Part shown: in pieces, positions 1-8,288 of the stretch
Numbering within the stretch: position 1 is the stretch's first letter
Layout of the letters: every line of letters starts with the position of its first letter
Assembly (NCBI RefSeq): GCF_003860215.1
Contig: NZ_RQYH01000025.1
Location: forward strand, 2,132 to 34,131
DNA from: Desulfovibrio sp. OH1186_COT-070
GTDB taxonomy: Bacteria; Desulfobacterota; Desulfovibrionia; Desulfovibrionales; Desulfovibrionaceae
DNA length: 32,000 bases
Direction of reading: 5' to 3'
Program-made: the position numbers and the translations under genes
Notes under the pieces: generated by a model
What the model saw: the letters and a program-made list of their open reading frames with translations, nothing else
Databases searched by the model: none
Told to the model about the DNA's origin: nothing

Positions 1-399
1 TGCGGCACGCCCCGCCCCATGCGCTACGATGCGGTGCCCTCGGCCATTTTCACGGCTCCCGAAATCGGTGAAGTGGGTCTGAGCGAGGCGCAGGCAAGGG
101 AAAGCGGCATTGCTGTGGTCTGCGGCACAGTGCAGATGCGCGAGTTGGGCAAGGCCCATGCCATGGGCGAGTTGCCGGGTTTTTTCAAAATCGTGGCCGA
201 AGCCCAAAGCGGCCGTGTTCTCGGCGTGCACATTGTGGGCGCGCACGCATCGGACATGGTTGCCGAAGCCGGGCTGGCGCTGACAGCCGGACTCACCGTC
301 AGCCAGATCGCCGAAACCATCCATGCGCACCCCACTCTGGCCGAGGGCATGTACGAGGCGGCCCATGCCGTCCTGCACACCATGTGGGCCACACCATAA
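1..399 (+). CDS. Pyridine nucleotide-disulfide oxidoreductase, C-terminal dimerisation domain (dihydrolipoyl dehydrogenase family); 5' end lies outside the window
   Basis: The frame is open from base 1 and ends at TAA 397-399. The translation carries the typical Pyr_redox_dim signature (...GVHIVGAHASDMVAEAGLAL...IAETIHAHPTLAEGMYEAA). Confidence 0.8.
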   Translation, partial: CGTPRPMRYDAVPSAIFTAPEIGEVGLSEAQARESGIAVVCGTVQMRELGKAHAMGELPGFFKIVAEAQSGRVLGVHIVGAHASDMVAEAGLALTAGLTVSQIAETIHAHPTLAEGMYEAAHAVLHTMWATP

Positions 400-410
400 C
401 GTTTGCCAGC

Positions 411-437
411 GCCGTGCCGCAAGCTATCCGGCACGGC
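411..437. terminator. GC-rich hairpin between convergent genes (possible bidirectional terminator)
   Basis: GCCGTGCCG (411-419) pairs with CGGCACGGC (429-437) as a 9-bp perfect stem with a 9-nt loop. There is no clear U-tract on either strand. Confidence 0.3.
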
Positions 438-465
438 GTCCTCCGGACATGCACTCCCCCCGCTT

Positions 466-1131
466 TCAGTTTTTGATGATTTCAAAAAACTCTTCAGGCC
501 GCAGAACGGCCACTTTTTTGTTGACAAACGGCCCCAGAAGGCCACTTTCCTCCTGCTGGCGCAGTATTCTGTACAGCGAGATGCGATGAACGCCCAGCAG
601 GGCGGCCATCTCCTGCCGTGAAATCCCCACATCGGCAACGGGCGGGTCACTGCCGGGCACGATGCGCTGCGCCAAAAACTTGCATGTCCGCACCAGCACG
701 CTGTCCAGATACAAGGAGGCGGCCTGATGGGAAAGCGCGCGCATCTTGCGCGCCATGGATTGGGCGAGGTTCATGAGCAGGTCGGGGTGCTCCCTGCGCA
801 CAACATCCAGGCTTTGCGGCGAAAAAGCCCAGACCACGCTTTCCACGGAGCAGGTGAAATATCCTTCGCTGGGCATGGGATCAAAAAAGGGGGTTTCGCC
901 GAAAAGGCATCCTTCATGGATGTACCAGAGGATTTTTTCCATTCCTTCAAGGCTCTGCTGCGTCAGACGCACCTTGCCCCGCTCCAGAAAATACAGCTTT
1001 CTTCCCAGAGGAATCCTTTCTCCCCTGCGCAGCACACAACGCTCCGCCAGATGCAACACTGTGCGCCACGGAGCGTTCATCTCGCGCATTTCCTTGAAGG
1101 CCAGACCGCGTCCACCTACATTGAGAGCCAT
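466..1131 (-). CDS. Crp/Fnr-family transcriptional regulator (cNMP-binding domain plus C-terminal HTH)
   Basis: Start is ATG at 1131, preceded by a G-rich SD (GGGGGG). The product begins MALNVGGRGL... and contains FGETPFF-type cNMP-binding beta-roll motifs. The C-terminal HTH is ISRQEMAALLGVHRISLYRILR. The longer track ORF reaching 1329 has no SD. Confidence 0.85.
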   Translation of the reverse strand: MALNVGGRGLAFKEMREMNAPWRTVLHLAERCVLRRGERIPLGRKLYFLERGKVRLTQQSLEGMEKILWYIHEGCLFGETPFFDPMPSEGYFTCSVESVVWAFSPQSLDVVRREHPDLLMNLAQSMARKMRALSHQAASLYLDSVLVRTCKFLAQRIVPGSDPPVADVGISRQEMAALLGVHRISLYRILRQQEESGLLGPFVNKKVAVLRPEEFFEIIKN

Positions 1132-1197
1132 GCTGCCCCCCCTTGCAGAGCATTTTCCGGCTTCAGCATGCCACGACACAAAGGAAAAAACAATTTT

Positions 1198-1213
1198 TTG
1201 TGAAAAATGTTGC
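1198..1213. promoter_or_regulatory. Candidate CRP/FNR-type operator TGTGA-N6-TTGCA in the divergent crp/permease promoter region
   Basis: Sequence is TGTGAAAAATGTTGCA. It shares a 13-nt exact core, TTTTTGTGAAAAA (1195-1207), with a second intergenic site at 9868-9880 on the opposite strand. Confidence 0.3.
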
Positions 1214-1369
1214 AAATGAAACACGGCATGGCGTGCATTCCTGCTATGGTGGAGCCAATTCTTCCGCTGCCGGATGACAGGGTCGAAGGGCCAGGACACA
1301 ACGCCGGCAGTGCCACGCGGCCACCGCAAACCTCAGGCCGCATATGCCCACCGGGCAAGAGAGGACGCC

Positions 1370-2770
1370 ATGCCTGAAGCCCTCGCGCCCAACCGCATTC
1401 TGCTGTACAAGTGGATCACCAACCTTATCGTCCCAATTGCCGCCTATCTGCTGCTTGTCCAGAACAGCAGCCTCACTCCGCCCATGGCGGCCTTTCTGGC
1501 TGTAACGCTCTGGGCCGTGTGCGCCTGGGCCATGGAAACCCTCAACGATATTGCCGTGGGCATTCTCCTGCCGGGCCTGTACGTCCTGTTTTGCGAGGGG
1601 GTGAACATCGGCGTGGTCCATGCCCCGTGGCGCAGTGAAATCTGGATTATCGCCGTGGGAGGCTTCATTCTGGGCAAAATCATTCAGGAAACAGGGCTCG
1701 GCAAACGCATTGCCATGGGCAGCGTACGCGCCATGGGCGGCAGTTTTTCCGGGGCACTGCTGGGCCTGACCATCGGTGCCATCATCCTCTCGCCTCTGGT
1801 GCCTTCCATCATGGGCAAGGCCGCCATTCTCTGCGGCGTGGCCATAAGCCTCTGCGATGCCATGAATTTCAAGCCCAAGGGCCGCGAAGCCACGGCCATC
1901 ATGCTGGGTGCCTGCATTGCCGTAGGCTCCACCAAGCTGGCCTGGCTTACCGGGGCGGGCGATCTTGTCATGGGCATGGGTCTGGTGGACAAGGCCATGG
2001 GCACCCAGACCTCCTGGATGGAATACGCCAAGTACAACTTTGTGCCCGCCATGCTCTACACCTTCCTGTCCATGGGCATTGTTCTGGTGCTGCTGCGCTC
2101 CTCCGTTTCCCGCGAAACCATCCGTTCCACAGTACAGCAGGCTTACAGCGAGCTTGGCCCCATGAGCGCAGAGCAAAAGCGCGCCATGCTTCTTCTGCTG
2201 GTCACCGTGGTGCTGCTCAGCACAGACAAGCTGCACGGCATCAGCGCCGGAGTGGTGCTGATGATCATCTCCGCCCTGTCCTTTGCGCCGGGCATGGCGC
2301 TCATGGACGCCGGACGGCTCAGCCGGGTGAACTTTGCGCCCATTTTCTTCATTATGGGGTGCATGGCCATCGGCAGCACCGGAGGTTTTCTCAAGGTCAC
2401 ACAATGGATGGCCGGACTGGTGCTGCCCCTGTTCAGCGACACGGGTACGATGCTGGCATCTCTTTGTTCTTACGCCACGGGCGTTGGCATGAACTTTTTG
2501 CTCACACCGCTGGCGGCCACCTCCACCCTGACCGCGCCCATTACCGAACTGGGCATGCGGATGGGTCTGGATCCGCGCATCCTCTATTTCTCATTCCAGT
2601 ACGGACTGGACAATCTCATCTTTCCCTATGAGTACGCCCTGTATCTCTACTTTTTCAGCAGCGGCTACATCAATTTCAGGGAAATGGCCCTTGTCATGGC
2701 TGTGCGCATGCTGCTGGCCGGACTTTTTGTGGCCTGCATCGCCATGCCCTACTGGCGTCTGGTATTGTGA
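1370..2770 (+). CDS. Anion permease of the ArsB/NhaD superfamily (DASS/SLC13-like di/tricarboxylate or sulfate-type transporter)
   Basis: Start is ATG 1370 with an SD (GAGAGG). The product is a 466-aa polytopic hydrophobic protein with repeated halves. I recognise its motifs as DASS-type anion permease; the substrate is not inferable. Confidence 0.7.
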   Translation: MPEALAPNRILLYKWITNLIVPIAAYLLLVQNSSLTPPMAAFLAVTLWAVCAWAMETLNDIAVGILLPGLYVLFCEGVNIGVVHAPWRSEIWIIAVGGFILGKIIQETGLGKRIAMGSVRAMGGSFSGALLGLTIGAIILSPLVPSIMGKAAILCGVAISLCDAMNFKPKGREATAIMLGACIAVGSTKLAWLTGAGDLVMGMGLVDKAMGTQTSWMEYAKYNFVPAMLYTFLSMGIVLVLLRSSVSRETIRSTVQQAYSELGPMSAEQKRAMLLLLVTVVLLSTDKLHGISAGVVLMIISALSFAPGMALMDAGRLSRVNFAPIFFIMGCMAIGSTGGFLKVTQWMAGLVLPLFSDTGTMLASLCSYATGVGMNFLLTPLAATSTLTAPITELGMRMGLDPRILYFSFQYGLDNLIFPYEYALYLYFFSSGYINFREMALVMAVRMLLAGLFVACIAMPYWRLVL

Positions 2771-2867
2771 GTACAGTATTCCCCTCCCGGCATGATTGCC
2801 GGGAATGTCGCAGATTTTCCCTTGCCGGGCAGACCCGGCAGCACACCTTTTCTTCAGGAGGAAAAGT

Positions 2868-4319
2868 ATGGGCCACCCGACAATTTACCCCACCGGCGTC
2901 ACCCTGTTCAAGCCTGAAAAGGCTTGGGGCGGATTCACCATCTTTCAGGCGCAGGAAATGGGCGCAGTGCTCATGGACATGAACGGACGCGAAGTCAACG
3001 TCTGGAAAGGCGTGCTCGGCATGCCCAACAAAATCCTGCCCGGCGGCTACATGCTCACCAGCCGGGGCCGCCGCAGCGGCAAATACAGCGTGCAGGATGG
3101 CCTGGATGTGGTGCAGGTGGACTGGGACGGCAAGGTCGTCTGGAAGTTTGACAGAAACGAATACATCGAAGATCCCGGCACACCCGGACGCTGGATGGCC
3201 CGCTACCACCATGATGTGCAGCGCGAGGGAAATCCCGTGGGCTATTACGCCCCGAACATGGAGCCGAAACCTCTGGAAGGCAATACCCTGATACTGGCTC
3301 ACCGCAATGCCCGCAATCCCAAAATTTCCGACAAACTTCTGGTGGACGACCTCATTCTGGAAGTGAACTGGGAGGGCGAAATCCTTTGGGAATGGCTGTG
3401 CAATGAACATTTTGACGAGTTCGGTTTCCGTGAGGGAGCAAAAAACACCCTGGCCCGCAATCCCAACTACCGCCCCACCCAGCCCGAAGGGCAGGGCGAC
3501 TGGATGCACCTCAACTCCATGTCTGCCCTGGGTCCCAACAAATGGCACGATGCGGGCGACGAACGCTTTCACCCGGACAACATCATCGTTGACGGCCGCG
3601 AAACCAACATCATCTTCATCATCAGCAAAAAGACCGGCAAAGTTGTCTGGAAGCTGGGGCCGGACTACGATACAACCCCGGAACTGCGCGCCATGGGCTG
3701 GATCATCGGCCAGCACCATGCCCACATGATCCCGAAGGGACTGCCCGGCGAGGGCAATATCCTGGTTTTCGACAACGGTGGCTGGGGCGGCTATGACGTG
3801 CCCAATCCCGGATCGCCCACGGGCGTCAAGGCCGCCCTGCGCGATTACTCCCGCGTACTGGAAATAGACCCCACAAGCCTCAAAATCGTGTGGCAGTATA
3901 CCCCGCGCGAAGCAGGCTTTCTGGAACCCATGGACAGCAACCGCTTCTACAGCCCCTTTATCAGCAGCGCGCAACGCCTGCCCAACGGCAACACCCTGAT
4001 TACCGAAGGTTCCGACGGGCGCGTGTTCGAGGTAACGCGCGAGCACGAAATCGTGTGGGAATTCATTTCGCCCTACTGGGGCAGGAACGTACCCATGAAC
4101 ATGACCTACCGCGCCTATCGCGTGCCCTACCAATGGGTACCCCAAGCCCCCAAGCCGGAAGAAAAACCCATCGCCCCTCTGGACGTGACCACATTCCGCG
4201 TGCCCGGAGCCGCCGCCCTGGGTGACCGCGTCAGGGAGTGCGTTGTGGACGGCTGCGTACCCTATGAGGGCAGCAATGCCCTGTGCGTGGCCTCAGAAGA
4301 AGACATCAGGGACAAATAG
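2868..4319 (+). CDS. Arylsulfotransferase (ASST)-like beta-propeller protein with no signal peptide
   Basis: Start is ATG 2868 with a strong SD (AGGAGG). Repeated propeller-type motifs are present (GNTLILAHRN, GNILVFDNGGWG, NGNTLITEGSDGRVFEV) along with His-rich segments (HHDVQ, GQHHAHM), as in the ASST families. The N-terminus MGHPTIYPTGVTLF is not signal-like. Confidence 0.65.
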   Translation: MGHPTIYPTGVTLFKPEKAWGGFTIFQAQEMGAVLMDMNGREVNVWKGVLGMPNKILPGGYMLTSRGRRSGKYSVQDGLDVVQVDWDGKVVWKFDRNEYIEDPGTPGRWMARYHHDVQREGNPVGYYAPNMEPKPLEGNTLILAHRNARNPKISDKLLVDDLILEVNWEGEILWEWLCNEHFDEFGFREGAKNTLARNPNYRPTQPEGQGDWMHLNSMSALGPNKWHDAGDERFHPDNIIVDGRETNIIFIISKKTGKVVWKLGPDYDTTPELRAMGWIIGQHHAHMIPKGLPGEGNILVFDNGGWGGYDVPNPGSPTGVKAALRDYSRVLEIDPTSLKIVWQYTPREAGFLEPMDSNRFYSPFISSAQRLPNGNTLITEGSDGRVFEVTREHEIVWEFISPYWGRNVPMNMTYRAYRVPYQWVPQAPKPEEKPIAPLDVTTFRVPGAAALGDRVRECVVDGCVPYEGSNALCVASEEDIRDK

Positions 4320-4328
4320 CAGCTACGC

Positions 4329-4364
4329 CGGAACGCCGCGATCCCCCGGGCCCGCGGCGTTCCG
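4329..4364 (+). promoter_or_regulatory. Intercistronic GC-rich stem-loop (12-bp perfect stem, 12-nt loop)
   Basis: CGGAACGCCGCG (4329-4340) pairs with CGCGGCGTTCCG (4353-4364). It starts 10 nt after the ASST-like stop and ends 4 nt before the SD (GGAG 4369-4372) of the next gene. No U-tract follows. Confidence 0.5.
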
Positions 4365-4378
4365 CAACGGAGAAAAAC

Positions 4379-5200
4379 ATGGGCAGCATTCTCTACACGG
4401 CTCCGGACTGCATCCGCTGCAAAATCGTCAAGGATTTTCTGGCCGAAAAGCGGCAGGAGTACAGGGCGGTGGATTTCAAAGGCGATACCGAAACATTCAA
4501 CAAGTTTTACCGCACCTACCGCAAGGCCATCTACCGTAACCCGGAAGGAGTCGAGTTTCCGCTGTTTCAAGATGGCGATGTCATCAGACAGGGTTCCGGC
4601 GAAATTCTCGCCTATCTGCTCTCCGGCCATGGGCTGGAGGGCTGCGTGACCCGCAGCGACATGCTGCACGGCAAAATTTCAGGACTCTACCCCTCACAAT
4701 GCCCGGACGGGCAGGAAGAAAATTTCCAGACCTTGGTCAGACGCCTTGCCGAAGGCGGCCTCCAGGTCTGGCTGCAAACCGATGGGCGCAAGCCGGAGCT
4801 GCTGGAAAAACTGCTGTGCGTCAAGAATACGCACGTTCTCTGCAATATGGTGGGCGGCGCGGAAGCCACAACAAAAATTTTCGGCGGCGCGCCGTCCGCC
4901 GACGAACTGGGCGCAACCATCCGGCTGGTGAGCAACACGCCTGACGGCGCGGTACGCTTTCTGGTCATGCCGCTGCCCGATGACAGCGGCTGGTCCTGGC
5001 CCCGGCGGGAAGATGCCGCCGCAGCGGCAAAAATGGTGGCCGCAGCATGCGGCCAACCGACACTGCCCTACACCATCACACCCGTCACTCCGGAAATGAC
5101 TTGGGATACCCGTGGGTTGGAGCCCCTGCCGGGCGAAAACCTGCTCATGTACCGCTCTGCCGCGCGGCAGCATTTGTTCAAGGCAGAGATCGCCAGATAA
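4379..5200 (+). CDS. Glutaredoxin/NrdH-like domain (CxxC) fused to a radical-SAM-activase-like C-terminal region lacking the CX3CX2C motif
   Basis: Start is ATG 4379 with SD GGAG. The N-terminus MGSILYTAPDCIRCKIVKDFLAEK... is a thioredoxin-fold CxxC motif. The remainder resembles the non-cluster part of NrdG/PflA-type activases (ISGLYP..., LQTDGRKPELLEKLL, AVRFLVMPLP). No Cx3Cx2C motif occurs anywhere in the protein. Confidence 0.65.
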   Translation: MGSILYTAPDCIRCKIVKDFLAEKRQEYRAVDFKGDTETFNKFYRTYRKAIYRNPEGVEFPLFQDGDVIRQGSGEILAYLLSGHGLEGCVTRSDMLHGKISGLYPSQCPDGQEENFQTLVRRLAEGGLQVWLQTDGRKPELLEKLLCVKNTHVLCNMVGGAEATTKIFGGAPSADELGATIRLVSNTPDGAVRFLVMPLPDDSGWSWPRREDAAAAAKMVAAACGQPTLPYTITPVTPEMTWDTRGLEPLPGENLLMYRSAARQHLFKAEIAR

Positions 5201-5407
5201 AAATTTGCTCCTTTGCCCGCCAAAAGCGGAAAACACGCCCGGCCGCGCCCCTTGCGCGGCCGCCTCGCGTGGTCTACATTTGCGCCCTGAATTTTCCGGC
5301 AACGTCTTTTCCGCACGGCAAAAAACGGCATGGGAACGCGGAGCAGACGGCCGTATTTGCCTGGAGCGAAAGGCTTTGCCCGCAGCTCTCCAGAAAAGGA
5401 GCAAGAC

Positions 5408-6667
5408 ATGTCCCGGATCAAGAATCTGCGTGAGGAAGCCCTGAACCTGCACAAGGACAACCAGGGAAAAATCGAGGTTCGCGTAAAAATCCCCGTGCGG
5501 GATGCCGATGACCTGACGCTGGCCTATTCGCCCGGCGTTGCGGAACCCTGCATGGAAATCCACCACCACCCCGAAAGGCTGGACTGGTACACCAACCACG
5601 CCAATTTTGTTTGCGTGGTATCCAACGGCACGGCTGTGCTGGGCCTGGGCGACATCGGCGCTGCCGCAGGCATGCCTGTCATGGAGGGCAAGTCTTTGCT
5701 TTTCAAGGCATTTGCTGATGTGGACGCTTTTCCCATCTGCGTGAATACCAGGGACACACAAAAAATCATCGAGCTCATCGAACTCATGACTCCCACCTTC
5801 GGCGGCGTAAACCTTGAGGACATCAAGGCCCCCGAATGTTTTGTCATTGAAGACGGCCTCAAGGAGCGCGGCATCTTCAAGGGCCCCATTTTTCATGATG
5901 ACCAGCACGGCACAGCGGTGGTCACGCTGGCCGGCCTGATCAATGCCCTGAAAGTGACCAGCAAAAAGCTCGAAGACATCAAGGTGGTCACCAGCGGCGC
6001 GGGCGCGGCGGGCATGGCCATTGTCAAGCTGCTCATGGCCGTGGGGCTCAAAAACGTCATCATGTGCGACTCGCGGGGCAGCATCTGGGAAGGACGCGGC
6101 GAAGGCATGAATCCCTACAAGGAAGATATTGCCCGGCGCACCAATCCCGACAGGGTCAGGGGCGCTCTGGCCGATGCCATCAGGGGCGCGGATGTTTTCA
6201 TCGGCGTATCGGCACCCGATACCCTGGATGAGGGCATGATCCGCAGCATGGCCAAGGATCCCATTGTCTTTGCCCAAGCCAATCCGATTCCGGAAATCTG
6301 GCCGCTGCAACGCGCCCATGATGCCGGAGCCAGAGTGATTTCCACCGGGCGCTCCGACTGCCCGAACCAGATCAACAACGTTCTGGCCTTTCCCGGCATT
6401 TTCCGCGGCGCTCTTGACGTGCGCGCCACGGACATCAACGATGCCATGAAAATCGCTGCGGCCCGCGCCCTGGCCGATCTGGTCGGGCCTGACGAACTGG
6501 GACCGCAGATGATCATTCCCTCCAGTTTCAACCCCGAGGTGGCCCCTGCGGTGGCTGCGGCAACGGCCAAAGCCGCCATGGACAGCGGCGTTGCCCGCAT
6601 GCGGCTCGACCCTGCATCTGTGGCGGAAAGCCTGCGCGCGCGCCTGGCCGGACGAGTGCGGGCCTGA
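5408..6667 (+). CDS. NAD(P)-dependent malic enzyme (short form, no PTA domain)
   Basis: Start is ATG 5408 with SD AAAGGAG. The product carries diagnostic malic-enzyme motifs: LAYSPGVAEPC, GTAVLGLGDIG, PVMEGKSLLFK, FGGVNLEDI, FHDDQHGTA, GAGAAG and ANPIPEI. Confidence 0.92.
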   Translation: MSRIKNLREEALNLHKDNQGKIEVRVKIPVRDADDLTLAYSPGVAEPCMEIHHHPERLDWYTNHANFVCVVSNGTAVLGLGDIGAAAGMPVMEGKSLLFKAFADVDAFPICVNTRDTQKIIELIELMTPTFGGVNLEDIKAPECFVIEDGLKERGIFKGPIFHDDQHGTAVVTLAGLINALKVTSKKLEDIKVVTSGAGAAGMAIVKLLMAVGLKNVIMCDSRGSIWEGRGEGMNPYKEDIARRTNPDRVRGALADAIRGADVFIGVSAPDTLDEGMIRSMAKDPIVFAQANPIPEIWPLQRAHDAGARVISTGRSDCPNQINNVLAFPGIFRGALDVRATDINDAMKIAAARALADLVGPDELGPQMIIPSSFNPEVAPAVAAATAKAAMDSGVARMRLDPASVAESLRARLAGRVRA

Positions 6668-6818
6668 CAGCCTTGTGCGCCTGCCGCCTCCTGATTGTGT
6701 GCCCGCTCAAGGCAGAAAAAAATTGACCGCATCTCCACAATGCGGGTATCCTTGCTGTATCTTTTTCTGACGGGCGAAGATTCTGCTCGCGGAAAACGCA
6801 TTCAACATGGGAGGGACA

Positions 6819-8192
6819 ATGGACGGATTACTGGGTGTGCTGAACAGCATCAGTGACTTTGTCTGGGGGCCGGTGATGCTGGTGATGCTTGGAGGAACCG
6901 GCCTGTATCTCACTATCGGGCTGAAATTTTTCTCCTTCCGCAACTGGGTCAGGGCATACAAATGCCTGTGGGCCGGGCGCAGAAACCAGTCGGCGCACGG
7001 AGAACTTTCTCCCTGGAACGCCCTGATGACGGCCCTTGCCGCCGATATCGGCACGGGCAATATTGTGGGTGTTGCCACAGCCATTGCCATTGGCGGCCCC
7101 GGCGCCCTCTTCTGGATGTGGGTCACCGCTCTTGTGGGCATGATGACAAAGTTTTCCGAAGTGCTGCTTTCCGTATATTTTCGTGAAAAGACTCCCGCCG
7201 GCAACTGGGTGGGCGGGGCCATGTACTTCATCAAAAACGGCCTCGGTCCACGCTGGAAATGGCTCGGCACATGCTTTGCCATTTTCGGCGCCATTGCCTG
7301 CTTCGGCATCGGCGCAATGGTGCAGGCCAACGCCATCAGCGTGAATGCTTCCAAAAATCTTCACCTGCCGGAATGGACAACATCTCTTGTCCTGCTGCTG
7401 CTTGCCGGTCTGGTGCTTGTGGGCGGCGTCAAGCGCATCGGCGCTGTGGCGGGCAAGCTGGTGCCCCTGATGGCCGTTATCTATATGCTGATGTGCCTCA
7501 TCATCATTTTCATGAATATCGAGCGTGTGCCCTCTGTCTTCTGGTGGGTGGTGACAGATGCCTTTACGCCCACTGCGGCTCAGGGCGGTTTTGCGGGAGC
7601 AACGGTCATGATGGCCATCCGCATGGGCATGGCGCGGGGTATTTTTTCCAACGAGGCCGGTCTGGGCTCCGCCCCCATGGCACATGCCGCCTCCACGGCG
7701 GAATCGCCGCTGGTGCAGGCTTCCATCGGCATGCTGGACGTTTTCATTGACACCATCATTGTGTGCAGCATGACGGGCTTTGTGATTCTTGTATCTCTGG
7801 ACGCCGCAGGGCATCCCCTGTGGAGCTCCGGCCTCAGCGGAGGAGTGCTGACTGCTGCGGCTTTCCAGCACTATCTGCCCGGCATCGGCCACTACGGCAT
7901 CACCATCTGCCTGTCGCTCTTTGCCTTTACCACCATCCTTGGCTGGTGCGTCTACGGTGAAAGGTGCATCATCTATCTCTTTGGCGACAAGGGGCAAAAA
8001 CCCTTCCGGGTAATCTATGTGCTGGCCGTTGCCGTGGGTGCCGTGCTGGCGCTGGATGTGGTCTGGACTCTGGCCGATATCGGCAATGCGCTCATGGCAT
8101 TCCCCAACATCATCGGCATTCTGCTGCTCAGCCCCACGCTCTTCCGCATTGTCCGCGAAGAGGTGGCCAAGGATCCACGCTTTGTGCTGTAA
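6819..8192 (+). CDS. Alanine/glycine:cation symporter (AGCS family)
   Basis: The product contains AGCS motifs (GELSPWNALMTALAADIGTGNIVGVATAI, GGPGALFWMW, FSNEAGLGSAPMAHA). I prefer ATG 6819 because GGAG lies 5 nt upstream. ATG 6807 is an alternative start. Confidence 0.9.
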   Translation: MDGLLGVLNSISDFVWGPVMLVMLGGTGLYLTIGLKFFSFRNWVRAYKCLWAGRRNQSAHGELSPWNALMTALAADIGTGNIVGVATAIAIGGPGALFWMWVTALVGMMTKFSEVLLSVYFREKTPAGNWVGGAMYFIKNGLGPRWKWLGTCFAIFGAIACFGIGAMVQANAISVNASKNLHLPEWTTSLVLLLLAGLVLVGGVKRIGAVAGKLVPLMAVIYMLMCLIIIFMNIERVPSVFWWVVTDAFTPTAAQGGFAGATVMMAIRMGMARGIFSNEAGLGSAPMAHAASTAESPLVQASIGMLDVFIDTIIVCSMTGFVILVSLDAAGHPLWSSGLSGGVLTAAAFQHYLPGIGHYGITICLSLFAFTTILGWCVYGERCIIYLFGDKGQKPFRVIYVLAVAVGAVLALDVVWTLADIGNALMAFPNIIGILLLSPTLFRIVREEVAKDPRFVL

Positions 8193-8226
8193 AAAATGCT
8201 GTAGAGGCCCTGTTTACGGCATCTCC

Positions 8227-8259
8227 AAACTCCCGGCTGTTCTTGCGGCCGGGAGTTTT
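8227..8259 (+). terminator. Rho-independent terminator after the symporter gene
   Basis: AAACTCCCGGC (8227-8237) pairs with GCCGGGAGTTT (8248-8258), and the stem runs into a T-tract (GAGTTTTG). Confidence 0.6.
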
Positions 8260-8288
8260 GGGCACTGCCCTGGCCCGGCGAGGAACCC

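Noticed and set aside
2694-4145. 483-aa ORF on the minus strand
   Set aside because: It is antisense to the ASST-like gene, which has a strong AGGAGG SD and propeller motifs. The antisense product has no recognisable features.
4694-6319. 541-aa ORF on the minus strand
   Set aside because: It is antisense to the Grx-fusion gene and the unmistakable malic enzyme gene. It is a GC-frame artefact.
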